A stretch of DNA of 64,000 nucleotides, from the NCBI GenBank assembly GCA_036568505.1, contig DATCSK010000015.1, positions 29,688-93,687 of the forward strand. Reading direction: 5' to 3'. A program made the translations under genes and the position numbers. Positions 51,498 to 59,700 of this stretch are shown one piece after another. Each line of letters opens with the position of its first letter. The stretch's first letter is position 1. Under the pieces are notes generated by a model that worked only from the letters and a program-made list of their open reading frames with translations, was not told where the DNA came from and made no database searches. Source of the DNA: Pseudomonadales bacterium (GTDB lineage: Bacteria > Pseudomonadota > Gammaproteobacteria > Pseudomonadales > M0112).

Positions 51498-53179
51498 AAG
51501 TATTTATTTTTGGCTATTTTTTTCTTGCGGTCGCGCAGCCAGGGATGTGTCCGGACACTGGTGTCGGCCACAAATTGATGGTTAATCAGGCTTTTTTCCG
51601 GCCGGCACTGCGCGTACTGAATGGATGCCAAGTCACACCAGGTGTGTACAAAATCATCCAGACTGTAGGGCCTGTCCAATCGCGTGTTCCATTGGTCGGT
51701 GCTGTGCCGTGCTTTCCATTCGGTTGATCCCCACACGAAAAATGGCACGGTGTACATGGCCGGCGTGGGGGCTAGTGCGTTTCTGCCGTTAAAATGCACA
51801 GTATCAAAGACTTCTTCGCCATGATCAGAGAAATAAACCAAAAATCCGTAAGGATCTTCTGCCTTCATGGTGTTGATTAATGATGCCAGCACGTGGTCAT
51901 TAAACAGAACGGCATTATCGTATTCGTTGTAGAGATCGACATCGGCAGATGACAATGGAATGTCCGTGGGTGGGGTATCGGTGAATTGCGCATAGGATTC
52001 CGGATAGCGGAACCGGTATGACAGGTGTGTGCCAAGCAGGTGTACGACGATCAGTTTCTTTTTGGCAGGGTTTTTCAGGGCTTCGGCAAAGGGCTCCAAT
52101 ACGGAGTCATCGGTTTGTCGCGCACTTTGTGTGCGGTTGTTATTCATATACCAGGCTTGATCCGCTGTTTTTGAGAACGTCGTTAACAGGGTGTTGCGAC
52201 TGGTGATGGTCTGCTGATTGGTAATCCAGAACACGGAAAAGCCCAGCTCTTTCATCAGCATGATGAGGTTGGCTTGGGTTTTGAAGGCCGTGAATATTTC
52301 GGAACGGTCAGAAAAATAAAAGGCACTGGTGATCGATTCAATGGTATAGGGGATGGCTGCGTTCACGTCATTGAATATCAACAATTCATTTTTCAGTGCA
52401 GAGAGTTCTGGGCTGGTATTGCGTGAATAGCCGTACAAGCCCATGCGTTGCCGATTGGTGGATTCTCCTAACACCAGCACATAGGTTTGATCGGGTGTGT
52501 TATCCGTGCTGCTGATTTCACCAATATCGATTTTATTCATATTCTTCAAAGTGGCTTCAACGCTGGCGATATTGCGCTGATAGGAGGTGTAATTCATCAA
52601 CATATCCCACGGTGCTACCGAGGCCTGCCGATCCACAAGGCTGTTCCAGCCTAATGCCAGTGTTTTGTGTGATATGAATGGCTCCACGATGGTGAGTGCG
52701 ATCAGCAGGCTCAACCAGAGGCGTTTTTTACTGGAGGCGGGTGCCGGCTGATAGCGAATCCATATCCAGACGGGTACCGCCAGATAGGCGACAAAGGCCG
52801 GTATCATCCAGAACCGGAAATAGGTATGAAAGAACTCGCTGCCCTCGTGCATGTTGGAATCAAAAATGACGTAAAAAATGCTCTGGGATATTTCCTGGTT
52901 GTACATCAGGAAGTAGCCAAATTTAAGCAGCCCGCAGACGGCCATGGTCAGGCCGGTGATTAACATCCAGGAGCGGGCATAGCGGTGCTGCCATAAAGGG
53001 ATGATGAGCCAGGGGATGCTATAAATCAGGGCATTCTTCAGCCCAACGCCGCTGGTTTTTCCCGTTATCAGTAGCAGCAGTTGAACGGTGCCGGAAAACC
53101 ATGCAAAGAATAGAAAAACCCATAGTAGTTGTGATTTTTCTGAGGGGGGTTGGAATGACCGCATACTGCTCGCCTGCAC
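51494..53179 (-). CDS. Phosphoethanolamine transferase, EptC/CptA-like
   Basis: N-terminal TM bundle plus sulfatase fold: VLGESTNR, GYSRNTSP, WITNQQ, HLLGTH, YDNAV, SDHGE. Confidence 0.85.
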   Translation of the reverse strand: MQASSMRSFQPPSEKSQLLWVFLFFAWFSGTVQLLLLITGKTSGVGLKNALIYSIPWLIIPLWQHRYARSWMLITGLTMAVCGLLKFGYFLMYNQEISQSIFYVIFDSNMHEGSEFFHTYFRFWMIPAFVAYLAVPVWIWIRYQPAPASSKKRLWLSLLIALTIVEPFISHKTLALGWNSLVDRQASVAPWDMLMNYTSYQRNIASVEATLKNMNKIDIGEISSTDNTPDQTYVLVLGESTNRQRMGLYGYSRNTSPELSALKNELLIFNDVNAAIPYTIESITSAFYFSDRSEIFTAFKTQANLIMLMKELGFSVFWITNQQTITSRNTLLTTFSKTADQAWYMNNNRTQSARQTDDSVLEPFAEALKNPAKKKLIVVHLLGTHLSYRFRYPESYAQFTDTPPTDIPLSSADVDLYNEYDNAVLFNDHVLASLINTMKAEDPYGFLVYFSDHGEEVFDTVHFNGRNALAPTPAMYTVPFFVWGSTEWKARHSTDQWNTRLDRPYSLDDFVHTWCDLASIQYAQCRPEKSLINHQFVADTSVRTHPWLRDRKKKIAKNKYF

Positions 53180-53220
53180 GTATCTTCATGATGGTGCAGG
53201 GGAGTATAGGTGCTGACAGG

Positions 53221-53254
53221 TCGATGAACCTTAAACATACTTAAGGTTCATCGA
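53221..53254. repeat. Perfect 14-bp inverted repeat upstream of the eptC-like gene
   Basis: TCGATGAACCTTAA-ACATAC-TTAAGGTTCATCGA. Confidence 0.85.
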
Positions 53255-53289
53255 ATCCGTGATGATAGGTTGAACGGCGAAAGCAGGAA

Positions 53290-53889
53290 TCAGTCGGTAA
53301 ACACCGGTGTCAAGCCCATATCCCACAGAACCACGGTAGCACCCATCAGCACCATCAGCATCACCATGGCCACGCCCAATACCGCGCTGGCAAACAGAAA
53401 ACCGCGGTCTTCCGGTACTTTCATCATGATGGGGATGCCGGTGTAGAGCAGGTAGACGCCATGGGCAATGGCAACAAATGAAATCAGGAAGTCGAGTGTG
53501 AAGTGCGGATAGAAGCCGACCACGCCGGCCAGAAAGAAGGGGGTGGCGGTAAAGCCGCTCAGCGCCAAGCCTTTGATGAGCGATGATTGAGCGCCGTAGG
53601 TCACGGACATCCAGTGCACCATGTAGCCAATGCCACCCAGCGCAGCCAGAACGCAGAAATACATGGCCACGGCAATTCCCAAAGCGCTCTCATGAGTGAG
53701 TTTCAAGACATCGCCAGCACCAATCGACCAGCCAACCTGAGTGGTGCCGTAGTACCACGCAATGGATGGAATGATGGCCAGCGCCAAAGGGTAAGCCAGA
53801 TTGCGTGCTAATTGGCTGTCGGTTTGCGCGGCAATGGCGCGCCATTGTTTGCGTGGCTGGAAGATGAGTCCAAAGGCGTGTTGAATCAT
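53290..53889 (-). CDS. Yip1/YohC (DUF1282) family membrane protein
   Basis: H.FGL...P..QW, YGTTQVGW, ATPFF..G, YLLYTGIP.MM.VP..RGFLF. Confidence 0.85.
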   Translation of the reverse strand: MIQHAFGLIFQPRKQWRAIAAQTDSQLARNLAYPLALAIIPSIAWYYGTTQVGWSIGAGDVLKLTHESALGIAVAMYFCVLAALGGIGYMVHWMSVTYGAQSSLIKGLALSGFTATPFFLAGVVGFYPHFTLDFLISFVAIAHGVYLLYTGIPIMMKVPEDRGFLFASAVLGVAMVMLMVLMGATVVLWDMGLTPVFTD

Positions 53890-53946
53890 TATTATCTATC
53901 CTCTGCGGGTCGACGGTTACCGTAGCAGGCAGCTCAATTGACCCGA

Positions 53947-53960
53947 TTGATTTACGTCAA
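53947..53960. promoter_or_regulatory. FNR/Anr box upstream of the Yip1/YohC gene
   Basis: TTGATTTACGTCAA, one mismatch to TTGAT-N4-ATCAA. Confidence 0.7.
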
Positions 53961-53967
53961 CGGCCGG

Positions 53968-54729
53968 TCATTCCGCAGGCCCGTCACCTTCAACCATCTG
54001 TTTTAAGGCTTCGGGTTTGAGCAGTTCGACTTCTTTATTGTCGACGCCAATCAAGGCCAGTTTCTGGAATCGACTGAATACCCGGCTGACGGTTTCAACC
54101 GTCAAACCCAGGTAGTTGCCAATATCGGTGCGTGACATCGGCAGGCGGAAGCGTGTGGCAGAAAGGCGTCGGCGCGCCTGACGTGATGAAATGCTCAGCA
54201 GTAATGCAGCAATGCGTTGCTCGGCACTGTTTTTGCTGAGCAGGGTAATGAGTTCTTGGTCTTGCGCGATTTCTTGGCTCATCAGCTGGAAAAAGTGGCG
54301 CTGTAAGCTGGGGATGCGGGTCGATAGATCGCCCAAATTATCAAACGGAATTTCACAAACGGCCGAGGTCTCTAATGCTTTGGCCGAGCTGCCGTGGCGG
54401 TGTTTGCTGATGCCGTCCATGCCGAGCACTTCGCCGGGTAAATAAAAGCCGGTGACTTGTTCTTTGCCATCGTTGGTAATGCTGTAGCACTTGATGGCGC
54501 CGGCGCGCACGGCGTAGACCGAGGTAAACGGGTCGTTGGCTCGATACAAATGCTCCCCTTTGCGCAGCGGCCGGCCGCGTTGGATGATTTTATCGAGTTG
54601 ATCGATTTGTTCGGTTTCCAGGGCAATTGGCAAGCAGATGCTGTTGAGTCGACAGTTACCGCAGTTGACGTGGATGTCATGATGACAGTGCTTTTTGTCA
54701 TCGGACTGTTGGCTGCTGGCAATATTCAT
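53968..54729 (-). CDS. fnr: Oxygen-sensing regulator FNR/Anr
   Basis: CGNCRLNSIC plus VCEIPF Fe-S ligands; DIGNYLGLTVETVSR HTH. Confidence 0.96.
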   Translation of the reverse strand: MNIASSQQSDDKKHCHHDIHVNCGNCRLNSICLPIALETEQIDQLDKIIQRGRPLRKGEHLYRANDPFTSVYAVRAGAIKCYSITNDGKEQVTGFYLPGEVLGMDGISKHRHGSSAKALETSAVCEIPFDNLGDLSTRIPSLQRHFFQLMSQEIAQDQELITLLSKNSAEQRIAALLLSISSRQARRRLSATRFRLPMSRTDIGNYLGLTVETVSRVFSRFQKLALIGVDNKEVELLKPEALKQMVEGDGPAE

Positions 54730-54803
54730 AAGTCTCCCCTTACGCCTCGATTATCCCATTATAAGGATACCGTTGCATAAATGCCTATCGTCTGAATGGA
54801 CGA

Positions 54804-56210
54804 CTAGAGAATGCGGGAGTGGATGTTTTTGTTGAGTTCTTTACTCAAGTATTCGTCAAAGACCATGCAGATCGCCCGTACCAGGACACGGCCTGACTCG
54901 GTGACTTTAATGGAGTCGGGGGTAAGCACGACAAGGCCGTCGTCGGCCATGCTTTGCAGGGCCGTCAGCTCACGCTGAAAGTGCGAGCCAAATGCAATGC
55001 CGTGGGCCGCTTCGATGGCGGGAATATCCACGCGCATCTGACAGGCCAGGCCCATGATGACATCGTGACGCAATCGATCTTCGCGGTTGACGACCAGGCC
55101 GCGCTCGATGGGTAGGTGGCCTTGCTCGATGGTTTCTTGATAAGCCTCCAGTGTCTTTGCGTTTTGGGCATAGAGTGATCCAATCGTGCCGATCGATGAC
55201 ACGCCCAAACCCACCAGGTCGGGCGCTTTGCAGGTGGAATAACCTTGAAAATTACGTTGCAGATCACCGGATGCTTGAGCCACGGCCAGTGCATCGGTTT
55301 CTTTGACGAAGTGATCCATGCCGATAAATCGATAGCCGCTTTGTGTGAGGGTCTGCGCGACATGATGAAACATGCCGAGTTTTTCTTCAGCCGAGGGCAG
55401 TCGCATCCGGTCGATAGAGCGCTGTGTCGGAAAGCGATCGGGCATGTGCGCATAGTTATAAAGCGAGACGCGCTCGGGCGATAGCGTCAATACTTTATTG
55501 ACGGTGTCCTCCATGGTGGCCAGTGACTGCTCGGGCAGTCCGTAAATCAGATCAAATGAAATCGATGAAAAACCAAAGCGTCGTGCTGCCTGCGTTAATG
55601 ACTGCACCAGCTCGAAGGGTTGTGGTCGATTAATGGCTTTCTGTACGGCCGGGTCAAAGTCCTGTATGCCCATGCTCAGCCGGTTAAAGCCCAGTCCTTT
55701 TAGCAGTGCCAGTGTGCCGGTCTCACAACTGCGGGGGTCGATTTCGATTGAATACTCCCGATTGGGTGAATCCGTCAATTTGAAATGCGTCGCCAAGTTA
55801 TGCATGAGCTCGGTCATTTCAGCGTGATTGAGGTAGTTGGGTGTGCCGCCGCCCCAGTGCAACTGCATAACCGTGCGGCGTCGGCCCATCAATTCGCCTT
55901 GCATGGCAATTTCACGATTCAGGCAGTCCAGATACCGACGCAGTGGCGTGCGTTGTCGCGTGACGACTTTATTGCAAGCGCAGTAGTAGCAAATATCGCG
56001 GCAAAAAGGCAGGTGCACATACAAAGAAAGAGGCGCAATGCTGTTGTGCAAACGATGCGCTGCATCGCGATAAGCCGCCTCACCCACAGTCTCTGAAAAC
56101 TGCAGGGCAGTGGGGTAAGAGGTGTAGCGGGGGCCCGTTTTATCGTGCTTTTTTAAAAGCGCCGGATGCCAAGGAAAAAATTGTTTAGGGTGGTTTTCTG
56201 CCAATGCCAT
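54804..56210 (-). CDS. hemN: Oxygen-independent coproporphyrinogen III oxidase
   Basis: GPRYTSYPTA, CRDICYYCAC, HWGGGTP, RNFQGYS; start could be further upstream. Confidence 0.96.
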   Translation of the reverse strand: MALAENHPKQFFPWHPALLKKHDKTGPRYTSYPTALQFSETVGEAAYRDAAHRLHNSIAPLSLYVHLPFCRDICYYCACNKVVTRQRTPLRRYLDCLNREIAMQGELMGRRRTVMQLHWGGGTPNYLNHAEMTELMHNLATHFKLTDSPNREYSIEIDPRSCETGTLALLKGLGFNRLSMGIQDFDPAVQKAINRPQPFELVQSLTQAARRFGFSSISFDLIYGLPEQSLATMEDTVNKVLTLSPERVSLYNYAHMPDRFPTQRSIDRMRLPSAEEKLGMFHHVAQTLTQSGYRFIGMDHFVKETDALAVAQASGDLQRNFQGYSTCKAPDLVGLGVSSIGTIGSLYAQNAKTLEAYQETIEQGHLPIERGLVVNREDRLRHDVIMGLACQMRVDIPAIEAAHGIAFGSHFQRELTALQSMADDGLVVLTPDSIKVTESGRVLVRAICMVFDEYLSKELNKNIHSRIL

Positions 56211-56247
56211 GGTGATTGCCTTCTTCATATCGCTCACGATACGAGGT

Positions 56248-56326
56248 TTGATGAAGGGCAATGTTGATGTGCGTCAAGGTGCTTTATACCTTGCGTTAAC
56301 AAAGGTATTTGCTTGACGAAGGTCAA
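56248..56326. promoter_or_regulatory. Cluster of FNR-like boxes in the divergent hemN/ompW promoter
   Basis: TTGATGAAGGGCAA (56248-56261), TTGATGTGCGTCAA (56264-56277), TTGACGAAGGTCAA (56313-56326). Confidence 0.75.
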
Positions 56327-56393
56327 TGAGTGGGTGCTGGGCATGAATAAATATAACAAGACATAGTCAATTAATTACCCTAGGGGATGAAAA

Positions 56394-57071
56394 ATGAAGT
56401 TATTGAAACTGGTGGCGACAGCAGCCGTTTTAACGTTGGCAATGCCGGCGATGGCTTATGAAGCGGGCGACATGATCGTGCGGGTTGGCGCGATCACGGT
56501 TGATCCCCAGGATAACAGCAGCGGCGTTAATTTGAACGGCACGCCGATTACCGGTTCCGGTGTCGAGGCCAATGCCGACACCGAGCTTGGCATTACCTTT
56601 ACGTACATGTTCGATGAACATTGGGGGCTGGAATTGTTGGCGGCATCGCCATTCCGGCATACGATCAAAGGCACCGGTGCCACGTTGGAGAGTTTGGGCT
56701 TGGGGGATATTGCGGATGTGAAGCAGCTGCCGCCCACCTTGAGTGCCCAGTATTATTTCAACGGTGCCAAAGACAAGTTTCAGCCGTACGTAGGGTTGGG
56801 CGTGAACTACACGACCTTTTTTGATGAAAAAGCCAGCAATGAGTATGAAACCGTCTTTGGGCCATCGAATGTCACGCTGGATGACTCATGGGGTTTGGCC
56901 GCGCAAGTGGGCTTTGACTATCAGGTTGAACAGAACTTCCGTCTGAATGTAGGGGTGTGGTATATGGACATCGATACCAATGCGACGATCAAATCGCCGG
57001 GTAGCATTGTTAAAACCACTGCCAACCTGGATCCTTTGGTGTATATGTTCGGTTTGGCATACGCATTCTGA
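56394..57071 (+). CDS. ompW: OmpW/AlkL family outer membrane protein
   Basis: Signal peptide, ELLAASPF.H, KQLPPTL, PYVGLGVNYT.F, WYMDIDT, terminal F. Confidence 0.93.
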   Translation: MKLLKLVATAAVLTLAMPAMAYEAGDMIVRVGAITVDPQDNSSGVNLNGTPITGSGVEANADTELGITFTYMFDEHWGLELLAASPFRHTIKGTGATLESLGLGDIADVKQLPPTLSAQYYFNGAKDKFQPYVGLGVNYTTFFDEKASNEYETVFGPSNVTLDDSWGLAAQVGFDYQVEQNFRLNVGVWYMDIDTNATIKSPGSIVKTTANLDPLVYMFGLAYAF

Positions 57072-57094
57072 TCAGGCGTTGAGGTAGGTACCGG

Positions 57095-57124
57095 AACCCC
57101 GCTGCGCTTGCAGCGGGGTTTTTT
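57095..57124 (+). terminator. Intrinsic terminator after ompW
   Basis: AACCCCGCTGC-GCTT-GCAGCGGGGTT followed by TTTT. Confidence 0.85.
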
Positions 57125-57182
57125 ATTGCCGCTACTTTCTAGCGCAGTTACCATGCAGCATCATTCCGGATGAATAGGCCTC

Positions 57183-58820
57183 ATGGGCGATCGCGTTTCT
57201 CCATCACCTGCTATGACCATGCAATGGGGGGGCATGGTGCATGGCATGCTATTACTGCTGGTATTCGGCGTGTTTGAAGCCGGTTTTATGCATTATGTGG
57301 CAGGCATGCAATGGCGCGATGCCGGTATCAGCATCGTGCTGTATGCGTTGATGTATACGGCTATTTACGGGTTGGTTTTTCACCGCTCGTTATTGCGTAT
57401 AACGCTGGGTTATTTATTGCTGCCGTATGCATTGTTTGCAGTCGGTTGGTTAACGCCGTGGTTGGCGGGCTTGTTGTTGGGTGTGCTGCTTTTTTGTGCA
57501 TGGCAAGTGCCGCGTGCATCGTTGGATATAAGTTCTTCTCAGGCGCTGTCATGCTCATGGGAGCGTGTACTGGCTGTTTGTCTCATTGTGGCGTGGGTGC
57601 ATTTGTCCGGTGCCGGGGGTGTGGGATTCCAGACCGATGATCATGAAATGCACAACGGACGACTGCGCGATCTGATCGAATACGCCTGGCCGGTGCGCTA
57701 CGGTGAAGACCAGAATCTGGTGTATTACATTGGCTATTATTTGCCGGCGGCTATCGTGGGCAAGTTGTCGGGTCTTGAGGTCGCCTATCAGGCCTTGTAT
57801 GCCTGGACCGTGCTGGGTGTGGCGTTGGTTTTCCGATGGTTGATGGTGCTGGCCCGCATGCGCTTTGCGCTGCCGGCAGCCATGCTGCTCATCACGTTTA
57901 GTGGCATGGATATCATCGGTTATTGGATCAACAACACCGGGTTTGTTCAGGAAAGCGGGTTGCTGGCCATGAACAATACCGAGCGCCTGAATTCATGGCC
58001 TTACTATCTGCTGCACTTTTTCATTGGCAGTTACCCTTCCAATACATTCCAGTTGTATTGGGCGCCGCATCAATCGATTGCGGCATGGCTTGTGTCGGCG
58101 CTATTGCTGCACGCTTTTTTTGCAAAAGCCTATCGCTTTGCCGGGTTCTTTTTTGCGTTGCTGGCATTGTGGTCGCCGTTGACGATGTTGGCGGGCGCGC
58201 CGCTTTTTATCATGCTGGTGATGGCAGGAGGGCGGCGTGCAATCGGTGAGGTGTTTTCTAGAGAAAGTATGTTGAGCGGGCTCGTGATCATCGCGGTGTT
58301 TATCGCGTTTTATTTTGCAGGCAGTGCAGCGGTGAATCCCAGAGCATGGTTGTGGAATGCCGTGTCCATCAAACAATGGTGGCCGCAATTGCTGTTATTT
58401 TATGGCTTGTCCTGGGGGCTGTTGGCGTTGTTGCTGTGGCCGGTGGTGCGCAATATGGATGCGCATTACCGACGCGGGTTTTATGTGGTTGTGCTGGCGT
58501 TGTGGGTGTTATCGCTGCTTTGGTATGGCTTGTTTTCCGACATGATGGTGCGGGGCAGTGCGTTACTGATGTTCGCATTCATGGTGTATGTTGCCTTGGT
58601 ATTGCATCGGCTGTGTGTGCAACGGCGTTGGCTGATCATGCTGCCGATCATGGCGGTATTGTGTGTGGGGGCAATGTCACCGTTCTGGAACGTGCACGAT
58701 GCCGTGCAGCATTATGATGTGAAGCGCGAACCGGTTCGTGCGCCGGATCATCCGGCGGCCTCGCAATTTCTGGGACCTGATGACACGTTCTTTCAGCAGT
58801 ATCTGGCCGCGCCTCAGTGA
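57183..58820 (+). CDS. Polytopic membrane protein, possible GT-C glycosyltransferase
   Basis: 545 aa with many TM segments; loop motifs DDHEMHN..LRDLI...WPV, YYIGYYLPAA, QLYWAPHQ. Confidence 0.6.
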   Translation: MGDRVSPSPAMTMQWGGMVHGMLLLLVFGVFEAGFMHYVAGMQWRDAGISIVLYALMYTAIYGLVFHRSLLRITLGYLLLPYALFAVGWLTPWLAGLLLGVLLFCAWQVPRASLDISSSQALSCSWERVLAVCLIVAWVHLSGAGGVGFQTDDHEMHNGRLRDLIEYAWPVRYGEDQNLVYYIGYYLPAAIVGKLSGLEVAYQALYAWTVLGVALVFRWLMVLARMRFALPAAMLLITFSGMDIIGYWINNTGFVQESGLLAMNNTERLNSWPYYLLHFFIGSYPSNTFQLYWAPHQSIAAWLVSALLLHAFFAKAYRFAGFFFALLALWSPLTMLAGAPLFIMLVMAGGRRAIGEVFSRESMLSGLVIIAVFIAFYFAGSAAVNPRAWLWNAVSIKQWWPQLLLFYGLSWGLLALLLWPVVRNMDAHYRRGFYVVVLALWVLSLLWYGLFSDMMVRGSALLMFAFMVYVALVLHRLCVQRRWLIMLPIMAVLCVGAMSPFWNVHDAVQHYDVKREPVRAPDHPAASQFLGPDDTFFQQYLAAPQ

Positions 58821-59527
58821 TGCTGTGAATGATCGGTGCCGTTGTGATTCATGTCTTTATGATGATGCGATGGCCACAGCGGCATGGCCATCGTCCACAA
58901 ACCAAACAGGATCACCAGTAGGCCAGTGATGTAGCGAAAGCCGCGTCGCTGTATCACCAGGCGCAAACGTGCCGCGAACAAGCCGGTTGCCAGCATGGCA
59001 GGCAGCGTACCCACTCCAAAGGCTGCCATCAGGGCTGCCGATTGCAAGGCATCGCCTTGTGCGCTGGCCCAGGCCAGTACGCTATAAACCAGACCGCAGG
59101 GCAGCCAGCCCCAAACAATCCCGGTACCAATAGCGGGCCAATAATGGCCGTTTTGCAGGGCATTCAAAGAGGGCTTTGGCAAGCGTTTCCAGAGTTGTTG
59201 GCCGAGCAGCTCAAGCGGGGCAAGCCAATTGGCCCAGCCGGCCAAGTACACCCCCATGGCGATTAATAACAGCCCGGTACTGATGCGCAGCACCGGACCG
59301 AGTATGGGCCATTGTGTCTGCGCGCTGGCAAATAGCCCGCCGAGCAGCCCGCCTATGAGGGCATACCCCGTGACACGTCCGAGGTTATACGCTGCAATCA
59401 AACCGAAAGCCGGTTTGTCGTGACGCAGGCTCAAGGCAGCCATGATGCCGCCGCACATGCCGAGGCAATGCACATTGCCGGCCAGGCCCAGCAAGAGCGC
59501 GGTGCCGATCAGTGCCATATCACTCAT
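58814..59527 (-). CDS. DsbD_2/TauE-SafE-like membrane protein of cco operons
   Basis: HCLGMCGG, YNLGR, GWLPCGLVY, FGVGTLPAM; His-rich C-terminus. Confidence 0.88.
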   Translation of the reverse strand: MSDMALIGTALLLGLAGNVHCLGMCGGIMAALSLRHDKPAFGLIAAYNLGRVTGYALIGGLLGGLFASAQTQWPILGPVLRISTGLLLIAMGVYLAGWANWLAPLELLGQQLWKRLPKPSLNALQNGHYWPAIGTGIVWGWLPCGLVYSVLAWASAQGDALQSAALMAAFGVGTLPAMLATGLFAARLRLVIQRRGFRYITGLLVILFGLWTMAMPLWPSHHHKDMNHNGTDHSQHH

Positions 59528-59699
59528 GGCTGTTCTCGTCGTCAGGAGTCTGGGGGCGGGCGTCTTCTTCAAACAGAATGCGCGAGGCTTCGCGATCCAG
59601 GTCATCGTATTGGCCTGAGCGTACGGCCCATAACAAAATGCCTGCAGCGGCGGCAATCAGAACAATGCCGATGGGAATTAAAAAGTACAGGCTTTCCAT
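59520..59699 (-). CDS. ccoS: cbb3 oxidase maturation protein CcoS (absent from the ORF track, 59 aa)
   Basis: Hand translation: MESLYFLIPIGIVLIAAAAGILLWAVRSGQYDDLDREASRILFEEDARPQTPDDENSHE. Confidence 0.92.
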   Translation of the reverse strand: MESLYFLIPIGIVLIAAAAGILLWAVRSGQYDDLDREASRILFEEDARPQTPDDENSHE

Positions 59700-59700
59700 G

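Noticed and set aside
56286-56308. Possible NarL site between the FNR boxes
   Set aside because: The TACCTT half-sites are not in the canonical 7-2-7 arrangement; kept only as an unassigned inverted repeat
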